Of a stretch of DNA of 64,000 bases, positions 12,501 through 26,150 are shown one piece after another. Origin of the DNA: Squalus acanthias (lineage: Eukaryota). Made by a program: the position numbers and the translations under genes. The stretch lies in contig CM059432.1 in assembly GCA_030390025.1 (NCBI GenBank), forward strand, positions 70,682,001 to 70,746,000. Direction: 5' to 3'. Each line of letters opens with the position of its first letter. Positions within the stretch are counted from its first letter, which is position 1. The notes below the pieces were generated by a model. It was given only the letters and a program-made list of their open reading frames with translations. It did not search any database and was not told where the DNA came from.

Positions 12501-15500
12501 AGATTAGATAGATAAGAATGGAACCAGACAAGTGCAGTCCCACTCAGCTGGATGATGGTGGAGAGGTGTTAAGAGGAGGATGGAGTGGTCAACCATGTCA
12601 AAAGCTGCAGACAGATCGAGAAGGAAGGGGGATAGTTTGTCACAGTCACACAGGATGTCATTTGTGCCTTTGACAAAAGCCATTTTCAGTACTGTGCAGG
12701 GACGGAAACCTGATTGGAGGGATTCAAACACGGAGTTGTGGGAAAGATGGACACGGATTTGGGAGGCAACAACACGTTCAAGGACTTGAGAGGAAAGGGA
12801 GGTTGGAGATGGGGTGGTAGTTTGCAAGGATGGAGGGGTCAAGGGTTTTTTTTTTTTTTAAAAAGAGGGGTGATGACGGCAGATTTGAAGGAGAGGGGGA
12901 CAGTGCCTAAGGAGAGGGAACCATTAACAATATCAGCCAACATGGGAGCCAGGAAGGGAAGTTGGGTGGTCAGCAGTTTAGTGGGAATAGGGTCGAGGGA
13001 GCAGGCAAGACAAAAAGCAATGAATGATACCTTACCTGCTTAGCAATTGCTGAAAATTTCATTACATGAAGAGTCTCGTCATACATGGAAGCACACTGGT
13101 TTATATTAATAATCATACAAGCTTTGCCCTTGCCACAAAAGAAAGCTTGAAAGAGACGCGTCAACTTGCTTTCTCGGAAAGGAACAACAATCTGTTTCAG
13201 TCTAGTAGCCAAAAGATAGGTCATGTTAGAAATGGTAATGTTAGAAATAGTACACAAAGAAGATTTCAGCGTTCAAATCCTTCCATTGCAAATACCAGGA
13301 CTTTTCCCAAAATAAAAATTGAAAGTGAAAAACAAATGCAAGAAATTTGCTACCTATAGAGTATGATCTTGGAATTCAGGAAGTATTTCACTGGGAACAA
13401 TTAGGCAATAAGCATTCAATATTTAATGAAATTAATAAAATTAGTTTCAATATATTTAAAATGTAATTGAAAACATTAATTTGGGAGTATGCAAGTTATA
13501 TGGGCAACTCCATATTTAGTCCTACTAAAGTCCACACACGTTTGGTTTAGATCATTAACGTCCATTTTGAAAGGAAGCACTTTTCACAACATAGTAGTAT
13601 CTGTTTGTGCAATATCCATCACAAAATGGATTGACATTTACCAAATTTTCTAAAGCATTGGCAAAGTTCTCAGGAAAAAAAATGCTATCTACACAAATTA
13701 GAACACAGCTATAAAATCACCCTGTGACAGGGAGAATACAACAAGGTTAATTTTTCACTTTCCCCAAATAAAAGGTGTTGCTATGGAAACACACATGGGT
13801 TCTAGCTATGCCTGCCTTTTCATGTGATATGTGGAACATTCTTTATTCCAGTCCTACTCAGGTTCCCTCCCTCACCTCTTTTTTCAGTACATTGATGACT
13901 TTATTGGTGCAGCTTCCTGCTCTCGCCCCAAACTGGAAAATTTCCACCTTTCGATCATTGACCTGAAATGTTAACTACTCTGTTTCTCTCTCTCTCTCCA
14001 CAGGTGCTGCCTGACTTGCTGAGTATTTCCAGCATTTTCTGTATTTATCATAAGCCCATCAGAGAGCTCGAAGCTTTGGATGCGCAAATTTGAACCATCA
14101 TCCATAACTGCAGAACATTCATTAGTCCTACACAAAATAAAAACACTAATCTGCTGTTCTGATGCAGCTAAAAATTATACACGACTAGGATTCACAATTC
14201 TTAAAATCCAATATTTTTCACTCACTAAATTTATCCAAACGATCTAATTTATTTCATTACTTACTTATTCTGCTGCTTCTGCCGGAGTGCAGAAATACAT
14301 TTGCCAAGGATAAGGAGAGAATTATTGATGTTTCCTGCCTCTTTCAGTCGATCTCCAAAAGTTTGTGCTTTATCACAACGCTCTGACCCAGCTAAATCGC
14401 ACAAGGATAGCCTATAGTCAGCAAAAATATAAATTCTAAGCCATTGACGAAAGTATATTTCCACTTTAAAGTAAAATATTGCCAAAGCTATGAACTGATC
14501 TGTTAAGTGCCAGCTGTGGCTCAGTGGTAGCCCTCTTGCCTCAGAAAGAAGGTTGTGGGTTCAAGCCCCACCCTGGAGCACAAAATCTAGGCCAACACTT
14601 GGGCCACCTTTCGGATGAGACATTAAACCGAGGCCCCGTCTGCCCTCTCAGGTGGGCGTAAAAGATCCCATGGCACTACTTTGAAGAGCAGGGCAGTTCT
14701 CCCCGGTGTCCTGGCCAATATTTATCCCTCAACGACCATCAGCAAAACAGATTATCTGGTCATTTATCTCATTGCTGATTGTATGACCCTGCTGTGCACA
14801 AATTGGCTGCCACGTTTCCTACATCACAACAATGACTACACTTCAAAAGTACTGTACTTAATTGGCAAAGCGCTTTAGGACGTCCCAACATCACGAAAGG
14901 TACTATATAAATGCAAGATCTTTCTTTTCTTTAACTTCTAGTTGTATCGCCTTCACTTTCCAGCTGAAGACTGTTCTTAAACAGGACCTATTTGTTGTGA
15001 TTGTTCTCCTTAGAGCAGAAGTCAAGGGGAGACCCAATAGAGGTATTCAAAGTTAGGAGGGGTTTTGATAGAGCAAGTAGGGAGAAACTGTTTCCTCTGG
15101 CAAGTGGGTGGGTAACCAGAGGTCATGGATTTAAAATAATTGGCAAAAGAACTAGAGGGGAAATGAGGAAAAAAATTGTTCCACAGAGGGTTGTTAAGAT
15201 CTGGAATGCACAACCTGAAAAAGTGTAGAAGCAGATTCCATAGGAACTTCCAAAAGCCAATTAGGCACGTACTTGAAGGAGGACTAATTTACAGTTATGG
15301 GGTAGAAGCTTGGGTGTGGTCTAAATTGGACAGCTCTTTCAAAGAGCAGACAGACATGATGGGCTGAATGGACTCCTCCTGTGCTGCAAGGTTCTATAAT
15401 TTCTACATTCCTCATCTTAGTTGACAGAAAAAGATTAAATGCTAGCCCTTTGAGCTTTTCATCAAACAAAACTTGCTAATGTGATGCCTTGGCATAGAAC

Positions 15501-18500
15501 AGCATACAAATTCAAGACTGCAGGTTTAGTTTCAGCTTCAATTTACAAAGGTACGATTGCAATAAGATGTGAAAATTGAATAATTGGCATTATTGCTTAG
15601 TTAAAAAAAACTGGTAACTCACTCAGAAGTCCTGATAACATGGGGCTTGTCTTCACCAATTATTTCCATCAGTCGAATGGAGAATATGCTGTGACTGTAA
15701 GAAGGTAGTTTCAGACTAACCATATTTAATTTTAGGTATAAAAGTATTTTGATTTTAAGATTCAAAATTTTAACATGGAATTAATTTTGGCAAATCAAAC
15801 AAAATCTTAGGTTTACTGATTGATAACCAACCAATTACTTCAATCTAAGGTAGTAACATTCAGAATTGCACACATACCTTCGGCTGGACTGTTGGTTTAT
15901 TTTGGTGGAAGCCAAGCTTCGATTTTTATTTCCTATTTTTAGGAATCTGAAAGCTTCATCTGAGCTAGTAATGTTGATCCACTTTAGATCTGAAATATTC
16001 AGAACAATTCAAACACAAACTTTAACCAGAATAAATATAATTACAGTCACTGGAAACAGTAAACATTCATACATTGCTGCTTTTCTTTGAATAGAAATCT
16101 GGCCAAAGAGATAGTTTTATCATTTTACTTTTCCAATCTTACTCTTCTCCTGAAAGGATCAACTCCTGCTGGAGTACAGTTCCTTGAGAGCTGTCAGCCC
16201 TCCAGTAATTCAGCCAAGTGGGTATGTTTAATTTGAGCCAGATAGCCAATGTTATTTGACTATGAAGGACATCAGTTAAGCTTGATCCTCAAAAGAAAAA
16301 ATTAGATATTCAAAATTGCACACTTTCCAGCAAGAGTCAGATAGCAATTCAGAGCAGGAACCCTGCCCAAATTTCCTTTCCCAGCCCTGATGCAAGTGCA
16401 TTTCAATTCCATGTCAAAGGCTACATGTTCAAATTCTGGACGTCTGGTGAGAACCTTGATGACACTCCATTGTTGAAGGTGCTAAACCGAGGCCCCATTC
16501 TACCTGTTCAGATTAAAGATCCCATGGCACTATTCGAAGAACAAGAAGTTCTCCCAGTGTCTTAATCAACATCTACCCCTCAGCCAATGCCACCATAAAC
16601 AGATCATTCATCTTAATGCTGTTTGTGGGACTTTTGAGAAAAATGTCTGCATTATTTACCTACATTAATAAGTAGTCATTCGATTGGGAATCAAACCTTG
16701 AACCATCTTGTCTGTATGGTTTAGTACTATATGATGGTCTTTACCCACCAGGTCCTCAGGGAAGACGATTTTAAACACATTTCATGTTAAAAAGAATTTA
16801 TAAAGTACTAAATCTTAGTTATACAACAGCTCATTACGATTAGGCTGCACCTTTAATGTAACTATTTCCTTTCTGATCTTCACAGACTCGCAGGTTTTGA
16901 CGTTTCTGGCCTTTTAAAGTTGGTATGGCATCCAATAGGTCATACACATATTCATTGTAAATCTCACAAAATGAAACCCATACTGAATATCTCAGTGGTC
17001 CTTGATCAGTGAGGCCTGTATCAGATGCTGTCGAGATGACTTCAGAATGCTTTTCTGTCAAAAAAATTTTGAAATAAAGATTAGATCTTCTAAACCTCAA
17101 GTACTCCCAAACAACTACTACAGTAGAGATTACAGGAAATTAGGCTTCTACCAATGTTAACAACAACAACTTGTATTTATATAGCACCTTTAACGTAGTA
17201 AAACATCCCAAGGCGCTGCACAGGAGTATTAGAAGACAAAAAATTTGTCACCGTGTCACAAAGATAAATTAGGACAGGTGACCAAAAGCTTGTTCAAAGA
17301 GGTAGGTTTTAAGGAACGTCTTAAAGGAGGAAAGAGAGGTAGCAAGGCGGAGAGGTTTAGGCAGGGAATTCCAGAGCTTAGGGCCTAGGCAACAGAAGGC
17401 ACAGTGAACAATGGTTGAGCGATTATAATCAGGGATCCTCAAGAGGGCAGAATTAGAGGAGCGCAGATATCTCAGGGGGTTGTGGGGCTGAAGGAGGTTA
17501 CAGAGATAGGGAGGGGCAAGGCCATGGAGGGATTTGAAAACAAGGGTGAGAATTTTGAAATTGAGGCGCTGCTTAACCGGGAGCCAATGTAGATCAGTGA
17601 GCACAGGGGTGATGGGCGAATGGGACTTGGTGCGAGTTAGGACACAGGCAACAAAGTTTTGGATGACCTCAAGTTTATGTAGGGTAGAATGTGGGAGGCC
17701 AGACAGGAGTGCGTTGGAATAGTCAAGTCTAGAGGTAACAAAGGCATGGATGAGGGTGTCAGCAGCGGATGAGCTGAAGCAAGGGCAGAGACAAGCGATG
17801 TTATGGAGGTGGAAGTAGGCGGTCTTTGCTATGCTGCGGATATGTGGTCGGAAGCTCATTTCAGGGTCAAATATGACACCAAGGTTGCGAACAGTGTGGT
17901 TCAGCCTCAGCCAGATGTTAGGGAGAGGGATGGAGTCAGTGGCTAGGGAATATAGTAATATATATGCTTAACCATATAGTATACTATATGGTTAAGCATA
18001 TAGTAAAAGGCTGTTATGGCTTTGAAAGTGAAAGGCTGAGTCACTAATGCAAGTTCCAATCTAGACTGGGATAGAGTCTTGCTAGTCTTTCATAGGACAT
18101 GGTGGCAGAGTGGGGGGAAACAAAATAGTACCATTCCTGATTCATTGAAATCTGTCCATCTAAAATCACTAACTTGCAGCAGTGAACAACATCTTCAGCT
18201 GAAAGTGTTGGATAACAAGGCAGTGGGAGACATCAACACCTCTAAATAACTTTTCAATAGGTTTCAATATCCCCTGATAAATGCACTATTGATCAACTTG
18301 GGAAAGAGAAGGAAAGGATATTTAAGAGTACCCAATGCAAAAGTTATTTTTGATTGCCCTACCCACCTGAAATTGCTTTCAGTTTAAAGCTGGACCAAAC
18401 ATATGGCAGGTGGGGAACTTCCAGTTCCAGTCTGCTCCTTTTCAGATTTTAAAAATTTAAGTTCACAATGGTTTTAGTAAGCCCTGGGGATGGCAAACTG

Positions 18501-21500
18501 TACAAATTTTCAGTGCAACACCACCGTGTGCAATTGGAAAATTTCCATTACTGCAAAGAGATGTGTTAGCACAGAAAAAGCCAGTCAATTCTTATCAATG
18601 CTGAATTGAAACCCATCAGGTGCTGAATTTGCATCATCCTATTTTTCTGCTTTCTCCCCATACCTATATTCTTAAATAATGATCTAGTACCTTTCTGAAT
18701 GCCATAATTGACAAGCATTGATCACTACTTGTGAAAAACATTCCAATAATATGAAAAAGTTTATTCTAATCTAGTGTTTCTCAAGATTATAGCCTTTTGT
18801 TTTTCCTACCAATTTATATTTATTGTGTCTATTCCTTTTATCATTTTGAATAACCCTATCAAATGTCCCAATTTTCTCAGTTCAAGAATACAGCCCCAGT
18901 TTTTTCATCTTTCTTCATAACTCAGACCCTCATCTCTGGTATCACCCTGATAAATATTGTCTGTAGTTTCTGGAGACACAGTTTAAAATGTGGTCTAGCT
19001 ATATTATACAGTATGCAATTCCTCAATATAAACTCCAAAATCCCATTTGGCTCCTTAATGCAGCTTTTAGGATTAAAAAAATGCTGTCCACCCACTTGTG
19101 TATCTGCACACCTAATCCCTTTTACTCCCCCACTGCATTCAGACATTTACCCATTTAAACTATATTTCCAATCTTTATTCTGGTTCTTAAAAATTGTATT
19201 TTTTTTTTATTCATTCATGGGATGTGAGCTACGCTGGCAAGGCCAGCATTTATTGCTCATCCCTAATTTCCCTAGAGAAGGTGGTGGTGAGCCACGTTCT
19301 TGACCCGCTGCAGTCCATGTGGTGAAGGTACTCCCACAGTGCTCTTAGGTAGGGAGCTCCAGGGTTTTGACCCAGCGATGAAGAAGGAACAGTGATATAC
19401 TTCCAAGTCAGGATGGTGTGCGACTTGAGAGGTGGTGGGGTGCACATGTTCCTGCTGCCCTTGTCCTTTTAGGTGGTAGAGGTCGCAGGTTTTGGAGGTG
19501 CTGTCAAAGAAGCCTTAGCAAGTTGCTGCAGTGCATCTTATAAATGGTACACACTGCAGCTATGTTGTCCATGGTGGAGGAAGTGAATGTTTAAGGTAGT
19601 GGATGGGGTGCTGATCAAGTGGATTGCTTTGTCCTGGATGGTGTCGAGCTTCTTGAGTGTTGTTGGAGCTGCACTCATCCAGGCAAGTGGAGAGAGTATT
19701 CCATCACACTCCTGACTTGTGCCTTGTAGATGGTAGAAAGGCTTTGGGGAGTCACTCACTGCAAAATTCCAAACCTCTCACCTGCTCTTGTAGCCATAGT
19801 ATTTATGTGGCTGGCCCAGTTAAGTTTCTGGTCAACGGTGACCCCCAGGATGTTGATGGTAGGGGACTCAATGATGGCAATGCCATTGTATGTCAAGGGG
19901 CAGTGGTTTTGTTGGAGATGGTCATTGCCTGGCACTTGTATGGCATGAATGTTACCTGCTACTTATAAGCCCAAGCTTGGATTTTGTCCAGGTCTTGCTG
20001 CATGCGGCTTCATTATCTGAGGAATTGTGAATGGAACTGAACACTGCAATCATCAGTGAACACCCCCACTTCTAACTTTATGATGTAGGAAAGGTCATTG
20101 ATGAAGCAACTGAAGATGTTTGGGTCTAGGACACTGCCCTGACTATTCACACTTCTGTATTAAACTGCATCTGACCATTCTCCTGTAATTTTCAGCATTC
20201 TTCTGGCAGTTTTCTATTCAGAGTTGGATCAGCAAACTTTGAGACAAGTAGCCAGCCAGTGCTCCATCATCTGAGAAATGTTCATTTAGTACAGCCTTTC
20301 AACCATCTCTATCCATACGACCACTTTCCCCTTTATGCCAATGGCCCCAATTTTCTCAACCAATTTCTTAAATGGGACTATCATCAAATGCTTTTTGAAG
20401 TTCATAAAAACTATATCTATTGTATTGCCCCCAGTCTATACTTCACATTCTCTCAACAGGTTTCATCAGGTTAGTCAAACATGACCTAGCAGAAAATCAC
20501 AAACCAGCATGCCTGGGCTAGTTCTCTGAAAGAACTATCCAAGTTCCATTCCCCTGCCCTTTCAAATTTTTTATGATCCAATTCCCTTTTAAAAGCCATT
20601 ATGGATTCTCCTTCCACTACAGCTTCTGGTAGGCTGTGTCCTAATAACCATCCATGTTTAAAAAGAAACTTAGAAGCTCTCCACCTTGTTCTTTTCGTAA
20701 CCTTTAAATTTATGTCCTCTAGTTAATGATGCACTAACTAGTGGAAATAGTTATCCCTCCCATTCAAAACCCTTCATAATTTTGAACACCTCAGATATCC
20801 TAGCTCCTCTAACCTTTGCTGCTCTACTGAAAAGAGCCCAAGTTTCTGTAATAATTCTTCATAACTAAATCCTCATTCCTAATAGCACATTATTTAATTC
20901 TATACCTCACAGAATTTAGGAAAGATGTCAAGTACAACAGTGGCCTAACTGGTGAGTTGTATAGGTTTAGCCTTGCCTCTTTGCTTTTACTCAATGCCTC
21001 CAACTATAAATCCTTGGGATCCCATTTGCACTTTTTTTTTAAAAAAAAGCTTCAATACAGCATTCCAATAAAATAAATGTATCTGAACCCCAAGTCTCTC
21101 TGCTCCTCTACTTTTCAAGTTTTATGCTTCACAAATCCATGTTGATCCATCTCTATTCAGTCTATGCCCTTTTAGCATTCATTTATCTCCAATTATAGTC
21201 TGTAGTCATTTCCTACTACTAACACAAGGGTAACCAAATATCAGATTGGGCATACCTCTTTCCCCCTTTTCAAACAGAGGTACAATATTTGCTACCCTCC
21301 AGTCCTGTGGCATAGCTCCTGTCTCTAATGATTCTTTTATTCCACTTCAAAAAGTTCTTCATTGGCTGTAAAGTGCTTTGGGACGTCCGGTGATCGTGAA
21401 AGGCACATATAAATGCAAGTCTTTCTTTTCTTTTATTAAAAAGAATGTTTAGTTCATCCACTAATTCCTAACTAACCTCTTTCAGAATAAGTACCATTTG

Positions 21501-24500
21501 GTCCTGGATTCGTTTTTTTTAAGCACTCAGCCCCTTAATATTTCTTATACATGCATACGTCAATTGGTTGCCCTTCTACTTCCTCATCCACAAGTTTTTG
21601 AGGACTTAACCCTTCACTTGCCTCCAATACTGAAACAAAGCATTAATCAGATAATGCTGCCATTTCCTTATCTACCACAATAATCTCAAATTCTAAAATT
21701 ATTAATTCTAACATATCTTCTACCCCCAAATTCTACAGTCTATGATGGGTATGAGTCAACTCAAAAATCATTTAGTGCTTAATTGTGCAAAATAAATCCT
21801 TTTGACAAAACAGTTGTATGTATGTGCATCAAATCCTTCCATGTAGAATAGGCTCTGTTACGATAATAAAAAGATACCTAGCTGATCGAAGGCTACAGAG
21901 ACTGCCGGAGTGATGGAGCTTGGCTGTGCCAGATCCTTTTGGCTGCTGCTGATGGTGGTCATCCTCAAAGGACGACATTCTGTCTCCTTGAAGAAAAAGT
22001 AGATGCTAATTCCAATATTCATTTGTATTCCTGAAATATGCAGGGCATATAGCACTAAACCAATCCAATGGTTCTGTCCCGATAATCATAGCTAACCCAG
22101 TTTAAAAAAGGAGATTATGTTAAAATATCAAAAATGTAATATAAAATAAATGAGATGCATACAAGATCCACATAGTGCACCCGTAGCAATCAATTTGAAA
22201 CTTAACCTATTTGAGCAAACATCACTACAGGACTCTCTACCAGAGAACTGCATATTTATTGGGAAGTGAAACTAGCAACTCTGGACTATATCATACCACA
22301 GTAATGTGTTCAAGTTTAATTTGTATTTGAGACACAAAACATTGCATTAATCCATACATGAAAAACAGGTAATGGTAGTATAATCAATATTGAACCCCCT
22401 ATTAAAGGAGGAAATAGCCTTGTAAACACAAGTTCATTCTGTTCTATTGTAACATTGGGAACATTGGCACTAGAATCAACAGCATTAAGAGAAGTACATC
22501 AATTAGTGTTTTTGAATAGTCCCAGTTATACTTCTCTCCCAGTGAAATCTCCTTAGCATTGGAAAAAAAAAGACTAAATTCTCATGTCACCAATAAGAGA
22601 ATACATTATCTAAATCTATTCTACAGGAATTTTATAATAAAACAGGCAAAATAGGTGAGTTATGGTCATTTCCACTTGTGGAATGTAAATGCTACACTAC
22701 AGGTTTTCATAATACATCACATCAGCTCTAATTATAATTTGGCACCATCTGCAAAAGACCTGATTTAATAAAAATTAGATAAAATTTGATTTATAACTTT
22801 TGCTTTAGTTCATGTACATTTCAGTAGGACACAATACAAAATTAATTGATTTAGAAAGAAAATTTATGAATATTACTACTTTCCAAAAATAAAGAGTTTC
22901 ATAACATAAATCAGTGTTCATTTCTAGAATCATATCACCTCTCTCAGCGTGGAAAAGACTGCAGCCTTGATAGCTTCTTCTTGCCAGGTTTGGTGACTGT
23001 CCAGTTTTAACACCTCATCACCGATATGTGGCTTTAAATCCATCTTTTGATATTGTCTGCCTTTTAGGTGATCAAACAGCATGTCCAGTGACCTTGGCAA
23101 GATACCACCATCTTTAGCAGTACCTATGGTTGACCAAGAGCATCAGTATCTGAAGGGGGTAATAACTTTCCACATTTTACAAATAGGTGAGCAAGTCATG
23201 ACTTCAATTTCTGAAAGTCTTAAAATTAGAAATTGGAATGTATTTAAATATTAAATTACTGGCTGCAGAAATTGAAGTACTGCACACTTTAATTTTTAGT
23301 AACTTTAGAAAGGTTCAGACTTCAATTTTAGTTTTCACACCTAGACCTTAAAATCATCGAGGTTCACTTGTCTTCTCTCCTGCAGTTTACCATTTGTGCA
23401 AGTTATATGCAAAGGTTACTTTTGGAAATACTGGATAAGTTGTCAATGAAATCAAGCTACTTCACCAGATGATCAGGATAGGAAAATCCCCCCTGGATAT
23501 TGTATTAGTATGCTAACAACAGTACATGGATTTACCTAGGATAAATTTAAGATAATGTATATAGTTAATCTAAAATTAGAAATATAGGGGGAGAAATTCA
23601 GTATCGCCCCATTTGGGGCGCAATTATCGGCCGGGCGCAAAGATTAGCGCCTGGCGCTAACTATCGCCACCAACTGCAAACTTGACTTTTATCGCCCCTG
23701 GAGGTGATTGGAGTGCTAAAATCAGGCGCTTCACACCTGTCTTAAGGCGCAAAGGCCGAGGAGCGAGGCGCTACCTCAGAGCGCTGGCAAAGCTCATGTG
23801 ATGTCAGTCAGCAATGGAACACACACACAATGGCGCGGGCCAGTTCTTAAAGGGGAGGGTTGATCTTGCTTTCCATCCACATCCTGCTCATTGCAGCCTT
23901 GAATCTCGGCCTGGAGAGACCTGCACATCAAATCTGCTGGAATGAACAATGGAGAGTACCAGGGAAAGAGCTCAGAATGCAGCCCCCACAGTCTCTTCTA
24001 AATTGATACAAGGAAGGGCAAATCAAAATGAACCTGCAAAGTGCTGCTCAGTACCCAAAACTCCTTCACACAGCGTTGAATCTCTCCAGAAGTCTCTCTC
24101 TCTCTCTCTGAAAGCGTGGTTCAAAAATGTCACCAACAATAAAAGGCAGGAAGCTGTCGCCTTTAAATAGCGCTCCCCCAGTCCCTTCCTGACTGCAAAA
24201 CGCTCCCCTCAACCTATCGTTGCTAGCGGCAGGCGGTAAGGCAGGGGGCGCCACTCAATATCCGCTCCAGGGCGATACCGGGGCGTTGTGCACTCGACTG
24301 ACGTCAAGATCAGCCAGCGCAGGAGATCGTGGCGATAGTGTTTAGCGCCGCCGCAAAATATCTAGTTAATTTCACGAGCGGCGCAAACATCGCCGCGCCC
24401 GGGCGCTAGTTGCTTTGCGCCCCATTAGCGCCCTCTTAAGGCGCAACCAACTGAATTTTTCCCCCATATAGTTAAACAAAAAGGGAGTGCATCACAAAAG

Positions 24501-26104
24501 ATACAAATGGCTGTGATCTATTGACCGGCCAATGGGATGCAAGTCATGTGTCAGACAATTAGTTGGTTATTGTTTGGATCCACTCAAACCATAATTTTCA
24601 GAGTTTCTGGAATTTTTGGGGGGTACCTTGCCTTCATGACCAAGGTCAGAACAGGAGGACAAGTAGCAGAATGGATAGCAAGCCGGCTACAAAACAGATC
24701 GGGTTAAAGTTAGTTACTCAGACTGGCAAAAAGATGCGAAGTAGTATTCCACAAGGATCGGTGCTGGGACTACTGTTCTTCACCATTTACATAAACAATT
24801 TGGACTCGGGAATTGGAAGTATAATTTCAAAATTTACAGACACCAGTAGAATGATACCAGAACTGAGAGTTGTGTGTCTAAATTGTTAAGTTCCAACTAT
24901 CAAATATTTCAAACTAGGGGACAAACATCTTAATGCAATTGACAAAGAGCAAGCTAATCATCCAATATAAATATAGAAAATGTATTTTTTTTGTGCATGA
25001 GCTTTGTTTTGGCACACAATTTGAAATGATACTTCAATGGGGAGTTTCCCTTAGAAGGCAGTCTACAACCAGCAGAGACACCGAGCTAGTTTAACTCTAG
25101 AAATGGTCAATCACATGAAGTGAACATCCATTTAAGGTTCAAAGATAGTTCGGAGAAGTATCTATTACTTTGACACAGCAAGAATAGCAAAGTTTGCAAT
25201 TACTGTAAATACACTATTATGGAATACTGTTAATTTACCTATTCTTTATTAAATTATGTTTGGCTTATAGCCCGAGTTTTGGTCCAAGAGTGTATAGTCA
25301 ATCTGCCTACTGAAAGCAAGTAGAAGCATGTTGCAGTCGATGACACATTCTGGTAAGCTAACTCTAGATCATAGGGGAACAAGGTCTGCTTACAGAAGTA
25401 GTTAGTGATGTTGAACCAGAATAGAATATCCAGCACAGAATCCAAAAATGTAATCATAACTTATTTAATTAATGGAACAAAAGTTCTAGATTTCAATACT
25501 GAAAAGCCTCTGACAAGGCCAGAGGAAATCTTTGATTACAATCTACATCCAACTTAATCTAGATATGTATTACACTACCATAGTCATGGAGGAACTGAAC
25601 AGTTTTATCTTCTTGGAAGTTTTACCCATGGTTTGAGTTGGACATAGTCAACAATAGGGCAAATTGTACATGGCCTTTTGAATACAACAAGCTCATAACC
25701 AGTGACAATTCTTCTTTGGTATATTTTTATCTCTTTCTTCTCCCTCGAACTCCATACCTTGAATAGTGTAGGTCTTCCCAGCATTTGTAACTCCATAGGT
25801 AAACACCAAACTGTTTCGCCCTTGGAGGTATTGTTTAACCAGATCTTTTACTGTGCCGTCAAAGAATTCTTTCTGACTGGTTTCCTGCCCAAAGATCTAA
25901 CAAAAGATGATAAAAGAACTGGGAAGGAATGTTACATACTTCTAAATTATGACCAATGCAGTACAATGAGCAGAACCCAAGTATCCAAAAATATCTAGAA
26001 CCACAACTATAAAGGAAAGACTGAACAGACTAGGGCTCTTTTCTCTAGAAGAGAGCAGACAGAGAGGTGACCAGATAGAGGTCTTTAAAATTATGAAGGG
26101 GTTT

Positions 26105-26150
<46 letters not shown>

